Shown: positions 52,698 through 64,000 of the stretch, piece by piece
Layout: each line of letters opens with the position of its first letter
How positions within the stretch are numbered: position 1 is the stretch's first letter
DNA from: Octopus vulgaris
Lineage: Eukaryota
Reading direction: 5' to 3'
NCBI GenBank assembly: GCA_951406725.2
Contig: OX597815.1
Span: 17,546,001 to 17,610,000, forward strand
DNA length: 64,000 bases
Notes under the pieces: generated by a model
Told to the model about the DNA's origin: nothing
Seen by the model: only the letters and a program-made list of their open reading frames with translations
The model's database searches: none
Position numbers and translations under genes: made by a program

Positions 52698-54059
52698 TTA
52701 ACCCTTTCATTACCAATCCGGCTGAAATTCTTTGTTATATTTAAAATTAATTGAAAGAAACACAGAGCATCTCAACAGAAATACAGTAATGAAAGGGTTA
52801 AAATATAATAGAGAAACAAATTCCTTAACCCTTTTGTTACCAACCCGGCTGAAACTGGCTCTGGCTCAGTGGTACAAATGTCTTGTCTCCATAAGTTTTG
52901 AATTAAAATCTTCCATCAAACCTTAGTCACAATTTATGTTCCTAACACTAACTGAATGACAACTAAGTTATTTTACTAAATTATTTGTTATATTTAAAAT
53001 TAATTGAAAGAAACACAGAGCATCTCAAAATAAATACAGTAATGAAAGGGTTAAAATATAATAGAGAAACAAATTCCTTAACCATTTTGTTACCAACCCG
53101 GCTGAAACTGGCTCTGGCTCAGTGGTACAAATGTCTTGTCTCCATAAGTTTTGAATTAAAATCTTCCATCAAACCTTAGTCACAATTTATGTTCCTAACA
53201 CTAGCTGAATGACAACTAAGTTATTTTACTAAATTATTTGTTATATTTAAAATTAATTGAAAGAAACACAGAGCATCTCAAAATAAATACAGTAATGAAA
53301 GGGTAAAAATATATAATAGAGAAACAATTCTTAACCCTTTCGTTACCAACCCAGCTGAAACTGGCTCTGGCTCAGTGGTACAAATGTCTTGTTTTCATAA
53401 GTTTTGAATTAAAATCTTCCACCAAACCTTAGTCACAATTTATGTTCCTCATACTAGCTGAATGACAACTAAGTTATTTTACTAAATTATTTGTTATATT
53501 TAAAATTAATTGAAAGAAACACAGAGCATCTCAAAATAAATACAGTAATGAAAGGGTAAAAATATATAATAGAGAAACAATTCTTAACCCTTTTGATAGC
53601 AACCCGGCTGAAACTGGCTCTGGCTCAGTGGTACAAATGTCTTGTTTTCATAAGTTTTGAATTAAAATCTTCCACCAAACCTTAGTCACAAATTATGTTC
53701 ATCAGACTAGCTGAATGACAACTAAGTTATTTTACTAAATTATTTGTTATATTTAAAATTAATTGAAAGAAACACAGAGCATCTCAAAATAAATACAGTA
53801 ATGAAAGGGTAAAAATATATAATAGAGAAACAATTCTTAACCCTTTTGATAGCAACCTGGCTGAAACTAGCTCTGGCTCTGAGTACAAATGTCTTGTTTT
53901 CATAAGTTTTGAATTAAAATCTTAGTCACAATTTATGTTCCTAACACTAGCTGAATGACAACTAAGTTATTTTACTAAATTATTTGTTATATTTAAAATT
54001 AATTGAAAGAAACACATCTCAAGAGCATCTCAAAATAAATACAGTAATGAAAGGGTTAA
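52698..54059 (+). repeat. Tandem array (~253-bp period; 5 full units plus 1 internally deleted) of the piggyBac-like MITE and a ~23-bp spacer
   Basis: Repeated ttaaccc...gtaatgaaagggt(t/a)aa-aatataatagagaaacaa(a)ttc. Confidence 0.92.
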
Positions 54060-54889
54060 ACATCATTATGGTAGAGAAATAAAATGGACTGACAAACAAG
54101 AACTTGTATTTGATAAATATCTTTTTTTTTTTGCTTTATTTCTAGCACCATAACGATTATCAATATTCATGAAATCTTTGGAACAGGAAAAGAGCTGTTG
54201 ATAGAATAACAAACTTGAGTGGGATGGAATCTGGTGTTGTCTAATGAGTGGAAGCATGTGCACTAAAGGTGCAGCATGATCCGTTGTGAAGCAAAGCATT
54301 AGTTGCAGCAGTTAGACTGCAGTTATTAACAAGAATTTGCAGCTATGATCAAAAGTTCCTCAACTGCTTGGTTGATTCACTAAAATATTAAATAACTTTT
54401 GTTACCTAGGCAACGTTATTACTGCGGCCAGTGGAACTTGTATAATGGCTAAAAAGATGATAGAAACTGAAAGAGTGTCTTCTAATGTTACTGACAATAA
54501 TGCAACATGGGCATTTAATGTGGAATATCTACAGCAAATGGGAGGGGTGGGGGAGAGAAAAAAAGAAACATGAATGGGGTGTGATCCGTTTGATGTGTAG
54601 TTTTGTAATTGATGACTGAGTTGGATCTGTTGTGTAACTTTCAGCCAGTTCTGACCAAGTAGATCGGATGAACAAAAGTATTCCAACCACGACCATCCCA
54701 CCTCATTGTTTTAGACTCAGTACCTCTAGGAATACATGATCCAGTGATTTAGTGTACCATATTATACAACATTAGGTTCCTTTCTACTTTGTACAGTTAT
54801 TGCATCAACAACTATTTCCCTCTTCCTACAGATATTTAACATTTAATAATCATTGGTAACAGTTAGAATATTTTCATGACAGGAACAGA

Positions 54890-55308
54890 ATATTTTTTAT
54901 TTCATCTAGTTTCAGCTCACGAGCTGTGGCCATGCTGGGGCACTGCCATTTGGTGTTGCTATATAATTTTATTTCACTAATGCGTTTTAGCAATTGACAT
55001 TTGGTGCATGAGAGAGTTTGATGTAGCTGCCCTCATCTGCACCTCCTGCCACGAAGTTGGTTCATCTGGGACACCTGACAGGAAGAGGTCCAGCTTTATT
55101 TTGAAGACACCTACATCCACCCCATGCAGGTCTCTCAGGTCCTTCGGGAGGATATTGAAGAGCTGTGGACCTCTGAAGCCCAGGCTATTGCAGTATCTTG
55201 TCCTACATTTTGATGGCAAATTTGGAGTCCTTGGCACTATGCAGTGGCGCCCAGTTCTAGTATTTGTGTAACTCTTGTTGTCAAAGTTTGGGACAAGTCC
55301 TTCCAAGG
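54890..55308 (-). mobile_element. 3' end of a CR1/L2-supergroup LINE
   Basis: LEGLVPN...GRHC...NSLGFRGPQLFNILP..LR....FK.KLD.FL..VPDEP, then a short UTR. Confidence 0.8.
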
Positions 55309-56154
55309 ACAAATCTCATAAAAAAAATCTTCCTCAATGGATCATCTAACCCATACAAGTATGGAAAAGTGGATGTTAAAACAATAATTGAATTAACAGT
55401 AGTCATTAACAAAATCATAACTGACTATTTTTAAGATAAGGTCTAGTTTGCGAGAGATTTAGCAGCTATTTCTACTTGCCTGAAAGGCACCACAGAAACC
55501 CTTTTGTTGTCTCATTAAAAATGGCTTGGCATTAAATATATAATTAAACACAGCATGAGTGGAACAACGGACAGAACATATGGTTGGACCCTATGAAGGT
55601 ATAAATGGGATGAAATAACAATGATACAATTATAACTGACAAAATATAAAAACTGGTGCACCACACAAATGTGAGGGCACAGGATCAAATCCCATGCAGA
55701 GTTGCTGTGTAGTAAAGAAACCATATGTTGCAGAGTAAAACATATGTTAGAATGATGATGATCTATGCCATTACTTCAGTTAAGAAAAAGTTCAAGTAAC
55801 GACTAGAGATATGCTACATGTGAATTGTCAGGAAGTAAATGTCTGCTATAATTTATCACTTGCTATACTTTTTGGCCAAATCTAACTGCAATTCAGTTAG
55901 ATTTGTCTTTGTTCTTAAAATCTCTAGTTCATGAACTAAATTTAATAATCTATCTCTGTCTATCCGCTCAGTCAAAGTCAACTCTCGGTTACTCGATGGA
56001 TCAGTGTCCTCCAGTCAGTTCTATCCTGTGTCACTCTTTTGGAGTGATCACTTGTGATCATGATGTTATGCCTCCATCCATCTTCCCACCCATGGCCTCA
56101 GACTCTTCACTGCATGCACCAAGGTCATCGCTACCAACCCCATGAGCAACACTG

Positions 56155-56290
56155 CCAATTACCAATACCCAACATCTACCAACCCCCAACACATACCAAT
56201 CTCCACCATCTACCAACCCCCCAACACATACCAACCCCCAACATCTACCAACTCCCAACACATACCAATCCCCAACGCCTGCCAATTCCC
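56155..56290. repeat. ~34-bp C/A-rich minisatellite
   Basis: accaat.cccaacatctaccaacccccaacacat repeated 3-4 times. Confidence 0.75.
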
Positions 56291-56882
56291 AATGCTTACT
56301 GACCCCCTATGTCTGTTTTGCATGTCTATACTCACATGTGCGAATGCACATACGCATGCACATGTGTGCACACACTGGTATGCATGCATGTACATATAAA
56401 TGAATACATGTCTGTATGTGTGTATATATGCACATGTATGTGTGTGTGCATATGTGCACATGTATGTTCATCCAAGTGTGTGTGAGTGTGTGCATGCAGA
56501 TGTGCGTGTGTCTATCCATGTACTCATATGCATTATTTATATTTATATATCAATAAATTGTATGTTTATTTTTTTCCATTTATTTACTTATTGGAATAGC
56601 ATTGTTCTATATTTAAGATATCCGTCAATTGTAAATAATGTAAATAATGGAATAACATTGTTATTGATATAGGTAATAAAAATTCAGGTTACAATAAGTA
56701 CCTGTTTGCTTGAAAGAGGAGTGAAGATCCTCCAAAACCACTCATCCCTCACTATATGCAAACACACATGGAAAATATAGTAAATGTATCTCTCGGAAAT
56801 AGTCCTCCCATTTGTAAGACACACATGGTAAAATGCAAATAAGACCATAGACATTCTGGTATTAAGTGATTTCGCCTTCTTG

Positions 56883-57292
56883 ATGTGGTTAAAGGGTTTC
56901 ACTTCAAAACCACGTGATCAGGGGATTGGTTCCTCTGCATAGTTGGCTGTCAGTTGGTGTTCTTGACTGAAGCTACAGGTCAACTAATACATTATGAATG
57001 AAATTGATTGGCAGAAACTGAGGAAGTATATCACAGATAGACATGTGGTAGCGTTTTTCAGGTTCCGTCTATTATATATACATGATGATGATGATGATGA
57101 TGTATATATAATAGAACCCTATCACATATCTATTTGTGATATACTTCCTCTGTTTCTGCCAATCAATTTCAGATTTCATTCATAATGTATTAGTTGACCT
57201 GTAGCTTCAGTCAAGAACAGCAACTGACAGCAACCATGCAGAGGAACCAATCCCCTGATGATGTGGTTTGGAAGTGAACCCTTTAACCACAT
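56883..57292. repeat. Inverted pair of decayed SINE-A-like heads (56883-57047 and 57123-57292)
   Basis: gttcttgactgaagctacaggtcaactaatacattatgaatgaaat has an exact reverse complement in the right arm. Confidence 0.85.
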
Positions 57293-57303
57293 AACCATGT
57301 CTG

Positions 57304-59986
57304 TCATCATCATCATCATCATCGTTTAACGTCCGCTTTCCATGCTAGCATGGGTTGGACGGTTCAACCGGGGTCTGGGAAGCCAGGAGGCTGCACCAGG
57401 CTCTAGTCTGATCTGGCAGTGTTTCTACAGCTTGATGCCCTTCCTAACGCCAACCACTCCATGAGTGTAGTGGGTGATTTTTTACATGCCACCGGCACAG
57501 GTGCCAGGGGAGGCTGGCAACAGCCACGATCGGTTGGTGGTTTTTATGTGCCACCGGCACAGAAGCCAGTCAAGGCAGCGCTGGCATCAGCCACGTTCAG
57601 ATGGTGCTTTTTACGTGCTAGGGGAGGCTGGCAACGGCCACGATTGGTTGGTGGTTTTTATGTGCCACCGGCACAGAAGCCAGTCAAGGCAGCGCTGGCA
57701 TCAGCCACGTTCAGATGGTGCTTTTTACGTGCTAGGGGAGGCTGGCAACGGCCACGATTGGTTGGTGGTTTTTATGTGCCACCGGCACAGAAGCCAGTCA
57801 AGGCAGTGCTGGCATCAGCCACGTTCAGATGGTGCTTTTTACGTGCTAGGGGAGGCTGGCAACGGCCACGATTGGTTGGTGCTTTTTACGTGCCACCGGC
57901 ACAGAAGCCAGTCAAGGCAGTGCTGGCATCAGCCACATTCAGATGGTGCTTTTTACGTGCTAGGGGAGGCTGGCAACGGCCACGATTGGTTGGTGGTTTT
58001 TATGTGCCACCGGCACAGAAGCCAGTCAAGGCAGCGCTGGCATCAGCCACATTCAGATGGTGCTTTTTACGTGCTAGGGGAGGCTGGCAACGGCCACGAT
58101 TGGTTGGTGGTTTTTATGTGCCACCGGCACAGAAGCCAGTCAAGGCAGCGCTGGCATCAGCCACGTTCAGATGGTGCTTTTTACGTGCTAGGGGAGGCTG
58201 GCAACGGCCACGATTGGTTGGTGCTTTTTACGTGCCACCGGCACAGAAGCCAGTCAAGGCAGCGCTGGCATCAGCCACATTCAGATGGTGCTTTTTACGT
58301 GCTAGGGGAGGCTGGCAACGGCCACGATTGGTTGGTGGTTTTTATGTGCCACCGGCACAGAAGCCAGTCAAGGCAGCGCTGGCATCAGCCACGTTCAGAT
58401 GGTGCTTTTTACGTGCTAGGGGAGGCTGGCAACGGCCACGATTGGTTGGTGGTTTTTATGTGCCACCGGCACAGAAGCCAGTCAAGGCAGCGCTGGCATC
58501 AGCCACGTTCAGATGGTGCTTTTTACGTGCTAGGGGAGGCTGGCAACGGCCACGATTGGTTGGTGGTTTTTATGTGCCACCGGCACAGAAGCCAGTCAAG
58601 GCAGCGCTGGCATCAGCCACGTTCAGATGGTGCTTTTTACGTGCTAGGGGAGGCTGGCAACGGCCACGATTGGTTGGTGGTTTTTATGTGCCACCGGCAC
58701 AGAAGCCAGTCAAGGCAGCGCTGGCATCAGCCACGTTCAGATGGTGCTTTTTACGTGCTAGGGGAGGCTGGCAACGGCCACGATTGGTTGGTGCTTTTTA
58801 CGTGCCACCGGCACAGAAGCCAGTCAAGGCAGCGCTGGCATCAGCCACGTTCAGATGGTGCTTTTTACGTGCTAGGGGAGGCTGGCAACGGCCACGATTG
58901 GTTGGTGGTTTTTATGTGCCACCGGCACAGAAGCCAGTCAAGGCAGCGCTGGCATCAGCCACGTTCAGATGGTGCTTTTTACGTGCTAGGGGAGGCTGGC
59001 AACGGCCACGATTGGTTGGTGGTTTTTATGTGTCCACCGGCACAGAAGCCAGTCAAGGCAGCGCTGGCATCAGCCACGTTCAGATGGTGCTTTTTACGTG
59101 CTAGGGGAGGCTGGCAACGGCCACGATTGGTTGGTGGTTTTTATGTGCCACCGGCACAGAAGCCAGTCAAGGCAGCGCTGGCATCAGCCACGTTCAGATG
59201 GTGCTTTTTACGTGCTAGGGGAGGCTGGCAACGGCCACGATTGGTTGGTGGTTTTTATGTGCCACCGGCACAGAAGCCAGTCAAGGCAGCGCTGGCATCA
59301 GCCACGTTCAGATGGTGCTTTTTACGTGCTAGGGGAGGCTGGCAACGGCCACGATTGGTTGGTGGTTTTTATGTGCCACCGGCACAGAAGCCAGTCAAGG
59401 CAGTGCTGGCATCAGCCACGTTCAGATGGTGCTTTTTACGTGCTAGGGGAGGCTGGCAACGGCCACGATTGGTTGGTGGTTTTTATGTGCCACCGGCACA
59501 GAAGCCAGTCAAGGCAGCGCTGGCATCAGCCACGTTCAGATGGTGCTTTTTACGTGCTAGGGGAGGCTGGCAACGGCCACGATTGGTTGGTGCTTTTTAC
59601 GTGCCACCGGCACAGAAGCCAGTCAAGGCAGTGCTGGCATCAGCCACGTTCAGATGGTGCTTTTTACGTGCTAGGGGAGGCTGGCAACGGCCACGATTGG
59701 TTGGTGGTTTTTATGTGCCACTGGCACAGAAGCCAGTCAAGGTGGCGCTGGCATCAGCCACATTCAGTTGGTGCTTTTTACGTGCCAGGCGAGGCTGGCA
59801 ACGGCCACGATTGGTTGGTGCTTTTTATGTGCCACCGGGACAGAAGCCAGTCAAGGCAGCGCTGGCATCAGCCACGTTCAGATGGTGCTTTTTACGTGCT
59901 AGGGGAGGCTGGCAACGGCCACGATTGGTTGGTGCTTTTTACGTGCCACCGGCACAGAAGCCAGTCAAGGCAGTGCTGGCATCGAC
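57304..59986 (-). repeat. RTE LINE 3'UTR copy with its internal repeat expanded into a 114-bp satellite (~21-22 units)
   Basis: (CAT)n tail at 57304-57322, family core, then a 38-codon periodic repeat. Confidence 0.93.
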
Positions 59987-60485
59987 ATACATCTGTATAT
60001 ATTAGAAAAAAAATTTCCAGCAGACATGTCCTCCATGTAATTTTCAGCATAATTTTCTTCGATATTTCATGTGGCAATACGGAATAGAAAAGGTGTTCGA
60101 GAATCATATGAATTGGTGATCTTGTATTCTTACCGACACAAAACTTTCCGTGTATGTCATGGTGGTGGTAACACTAGTTTGGTAACAGTTTTTTGCATAA
60201 ATTTACTTCTCTTATGTTCAGCCTTATATTTCAGTATTATAAACCTGATCTCCGGTACCTATTTTATCAACTCCTGAAGTACAGAGGACAATGTGGGGCA
60301 CAGTAAAACTTGAAAACCAAATATAGAGGGACATTATTAAATACTATAAAGAATCGAGTTGGACTTTGATGTGTTGGTTATTGGAATAGCTCCGATGTGT
60401 TCTTATTTCGAAAGGATTGCATTACAGAATTAAAAAAATGTCTCTCTCATGTTAGGGTTGATTAATAAATATATCCCTTCCAAAT

Positions 60486-60668
60486 ATTAATATAAGCATT
60501 TCTGCATTATGGAAGCATTACGTTACTGAAAATCTTGCACCAGAATGGAATTTCATGAAGCAAAACCTATTTCAAAAGGAAAATAGGTTTTGCTTCATAG
60601 AATTCTGTGATACAGTAAGATTTTCAGGAATGTAATGCTTCCATAATGTGAAATATGCTTATATTAAT
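60486..60668. repeat. Imperfect hairpin, ~87-bp arms
   Basis: atgaagcaaaacctattt pairs with aaataggttttgcttcat at the centre; attatggaagcattac with gtaatgcttccataat and ttaatataagcat with atgcttatattaa further out. Confidence 0.85.
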
Positions 60669-60951
60669 GTGGAACATTAAGCCAGGATTGCACCCTTGTA
60701 TGAAAGGAGTATAGATCTATAAATTGACCTTGTTATATGATTATTAATTATGTTACAGTCCTTGCAAGAACGAACAGTAAAACCAATCTCAGTGAGATTT
60801 GAACTCATGATGTCAAAAGACCCAGCTAAATGCCACACTTTACTGTCTCTCATAATGCCCTTCTATGGAAATGGCTCACATGTGTAGTGAATTTAGCCTT
60901 TGCAAATTTGGTTTTCTTTGAGTTAACTTTCACTCTAAGGTGGTCAATAAT

Positions 60952-61362
60952 GGATCTTTTCGGTTTGAACAGCAGTTTTTTACATAATTTCTAGGTAACT
61001 AAAAAATTTTAACTTCGTATACTGGTAGAATGTGTTTATAAACCATCTTTTTCTCTTGGGTTTATTGAGAAAATTCTATAATTTGTAAGATATTTGTTGT
61101 TTTTTACTTCTATTTCTGCAATTTTGACCAATCACTGACGTCTATTGAGGTAAAAAACATTCTGTGCTGTATGAATACGTCCCTTGTTTAAGAAACAGAT
61201 TGGGTTTATTTACATTTGTGAAGAGAAAAAGATACCCTTCCCTAACCAACCCTAACCCTAAAATAGATTGAAATGCAATAGATTGATACTAGGGTCATAA
61301 TTATGGGTGACAATTTCGTACGACACTGCTAGAAAAAACTGCCGTTCAAACTGAAAAGATCC
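60952..61362. mobile_element. MITE with ~30-bp TIRs and 8-bp TSD (Merlin- or hAT-like)
   Basis: TIR ggatcttttcggtttgaacagcagtttttt / aaaaaactgccgttcaaactgaaaagatcc; TSD tcaataat. Confidence 0.9.
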
Positions 61363-62167
61363 TCAATAATATATCAGCAATTATTTCATATACTGTTCAT
61401 GTACTTTCTCTTGGTAATCTTTATATAATGATATCTGTATCAATGCACACAAAAACAACACAAGAACAAATATGAATCAGTGTGTGACCATATGAATACA
61501 ATGAATACATTCATAATCAAGAATTAGTCTTCGGTAACTGTGTATGAAAGCTATGTTCATCTGGTTTTATACATATAGTCATGTATTTATTTGACAACCA
61601 AAACGAATTAATCAAAATGATTATTAATCTGTTTTTTAATTTTTTTATACCACCACAGTAATGATTATTTCATAAAACAATTGAATATAAAATATTATTT
61701 CGATGTTTATGACTTTTAAATTTATCTAATTAGACTTAACGAAATTTCTGGAACAAATGTACAAAATAAAAAAATAAATAAACAGATTATACAGACTTTT
61801 GAATCAATTTAAAAACTGAATTGCGAAAAATAGAAACGGTATATCAAATAAACAATCTCTTTTATTTGATACATAGGTCAGATTTTAGACGACAAAATAA
61901 ATTTATTTTAACATAATTGATTTTATTAAAAAATTAATTTAATTTGACAATTATGTCAAGAATATCTGAAACCTCAATTTAGCGAATAAAAAAAATGTCA
62001 ATATGCTATATTACTTGTCAATGAAGAATTGGATGAAATAATGTGAAAAATAAACCATTCCAAATGAATAGGATAAAGTAACTCCTTTTAAAATCATATA
62101 AATCTGTAATTCTAATGTGAAGAGTCTTTTGATTTAAAGCAGTTCTTGAGTAAACCATAATATCTGA

Positions 62168-62616
62168 GAGCACCATACGAGTGTGATCATTGACAGAGCA
62201 GCTATTCGAGTATGATTGTTACCATCGTCGCCTTACTGGCACTTATGCCTTTGCTAGTTAGGGTGCCAAGAACACCATCCGAGTGTGATCGTTGCCAGAG
62301 CAGCCAACTGGCTTCTGTACCCGTGGCATGTAAAAGGACACTATTCGAGTGTGATCATAACCAATGTCGCTTCACTGGCACGTGTAAAAAGATTCGAGCG
62401 AGGCCATTGCTAGTACCGCCTGACTGGCCCCCGTGCCAGTGACACGTAAAAAGCACCCACCACACTCATAGAGTGGTTGGCGTTAGGAAGGGCATCCAGC
62501 TGTAGAAACTTTGTCAGATCAAGATTGGAGCCAGCCATCTGGTTCGCCAGCCCTCAGTCAAAATCGTCCAACCCATGCTAGCATGGAAAGCGGACGTTAA
62601 ATGATGATGATGATGA
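62168..62616 (+). mobile_element. RTE LINE 3'UTR fragment
   Basis: Similar to 21590-21960. Confidence 0.8.
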
Positions 62617-63809
62617 ATAGATTCTCAAATAAGGGTTGATGACAAGAAGGGCAACCAACAGTAGAATATTATTTCAACCCATGCCAGTATAGAAAAAGTC
62701 TATATAAAAATTATGATGCTGATATTTCTAAGAGAGTATATAGATGGAGTGGTTCTCATGAAAACTGTTTTCGAAGGATACTTGTCACTAACTACTCAAC
62801 TGTGAATTAGGAATGGATTCTATATATCTATCAGTCAGGATAACTAAAGAAATTATTTAAGTACCTGACACAATGGCTAAACCCCTTAGTATTTAAATCA
62901 GCCATATCCATCCCAAATATTCTATCTATATAATGTTATTAGGTTGCCACCCTCTGATATTCTGAGAATATCTACTTTTGTCTCTTCCCTACACCCAGAA
63001 TGTTTATTAGTTTTATTGTTGTTAAGCTTTTGGTTAGACTTGATTGAGCAGAATTAAAATCATATACTCTCCCTTCTCTTCTTTGAGTCATAGTCTTTCT
63101 AGGACTAAAGTGTCCAATGTATCTTTGCATTTAAAAAAAAAAAGTTAGAGTGTAATTTGAGGGAGTTGTGGTTGCTTTTACTAGTTGGCTTCTTAGAATG
63201 TTATCAATGAAGAACTGGTAAAAAACACTTTCTCGTGGGCAGCTGGGACTCATGATAAATGAGAAATATCTACATGAATATTATAACACAAACATGTCAA
63301 GATGCACCAGCCAGATCTAACTTCTCACACCTACTCTAAAATGTCATTTTAAAAATAAATAATTGCACCACTGAAGCCTCAAAGCCATAAGATAATGCAG
63401 GATTAATTCAAAACAAAGTGAATGCGAAAGCACTGTATTTGAGAGAGTAACCTGAATGCTAAAGAGTTAACAGAATGACTGCTATAGAAACGTTTAAATT
63501 CCTGACCATATTACACTGAAATCTAATACCCTATTTCTTAACATTAGGTGTTTTGATGTTTAAGATGAAGCATTTAAATGTATTCCTTATCACTATATGA
63601 AGAACAAACCACCATCACTGGAGATATGCAAACTAGAAAGCATATCAGCTATCTTAGTAGCAAAAACCCAAAAGGAATCTAAACTAATAAAATTAGATGT
63701 AAAATGTTGAAGAATATGTGGTGTTTGTTGCTTTTTAAGTGACCCATTATTTGTTTGTTTATTGTTATGTCTGCTTTTCCAATGCTGGCAGAAGTTGGAT
63801 GTAGGCTTA

Positions 63810-64000
63810 TTAACCCTTTTGTTACTGTATTTATCTTCAGATGCTTTGTGTTTCTTTCAATTACTTTAAATATAACAAAGAATTTAGTAAAATAACTTGG
63901 TTATCATTAAGCTAGTGTTAGGAACATAAATTGTGACTAATGTTTGGTGGAAGATTTTAATTCAAAACTTATGAAAACATGACATTTGTACTACAGAGCC
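63810..64000 (-). mobile_element. piggyBac-like MITE, cut by the window end
   Basis: Reverse complement of the 7871-8087 family. Confidence 0.75.

Noticed and set aside
57419-60087. 561-, 843- and 329-aa repetitive ORFs
   Set aside because: They arise from a 114-bp satellite in an antisense LINE UTR; overlapping frames swap at a 1-bp indel and no domain is recognisable.

Overview
AT-rich, microsatellite-dense animal genomic DNA, not prokaryotic. The SINE and LINE families and the (TA)n/(TATG)n load resemble an octopus/cephalopod genome (inference). I can support only one host gene: an innexin (unc-9-like gap-junction protein) encoded in one exon on the minus strand (29189-30394), with a splice acceptor directly before the ATG. 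The rest is mobile DNA: tRNA-derived SINEs, RTE and CR1/L2-group LINE fragments, a Helitron, DNA-transposon MITEs and TE-derived minisatellites. The most striking signal is a 2.8-kb near-perfect palindrome made of two tail-out copies of a Penelope-like (Naiad-type, GIY-YIG) retroelement inserted in (TA)n. Several unrelated 150-850 bp elements also sit in or beside (TA)n, many of them fold-backs. At least five sequence families carry type I hammerhead ribozyme motifs with palindromic stem III and some non-canonical cores. Most long ORFs in the supplied track are microsatellite or minisatellite artefacts.
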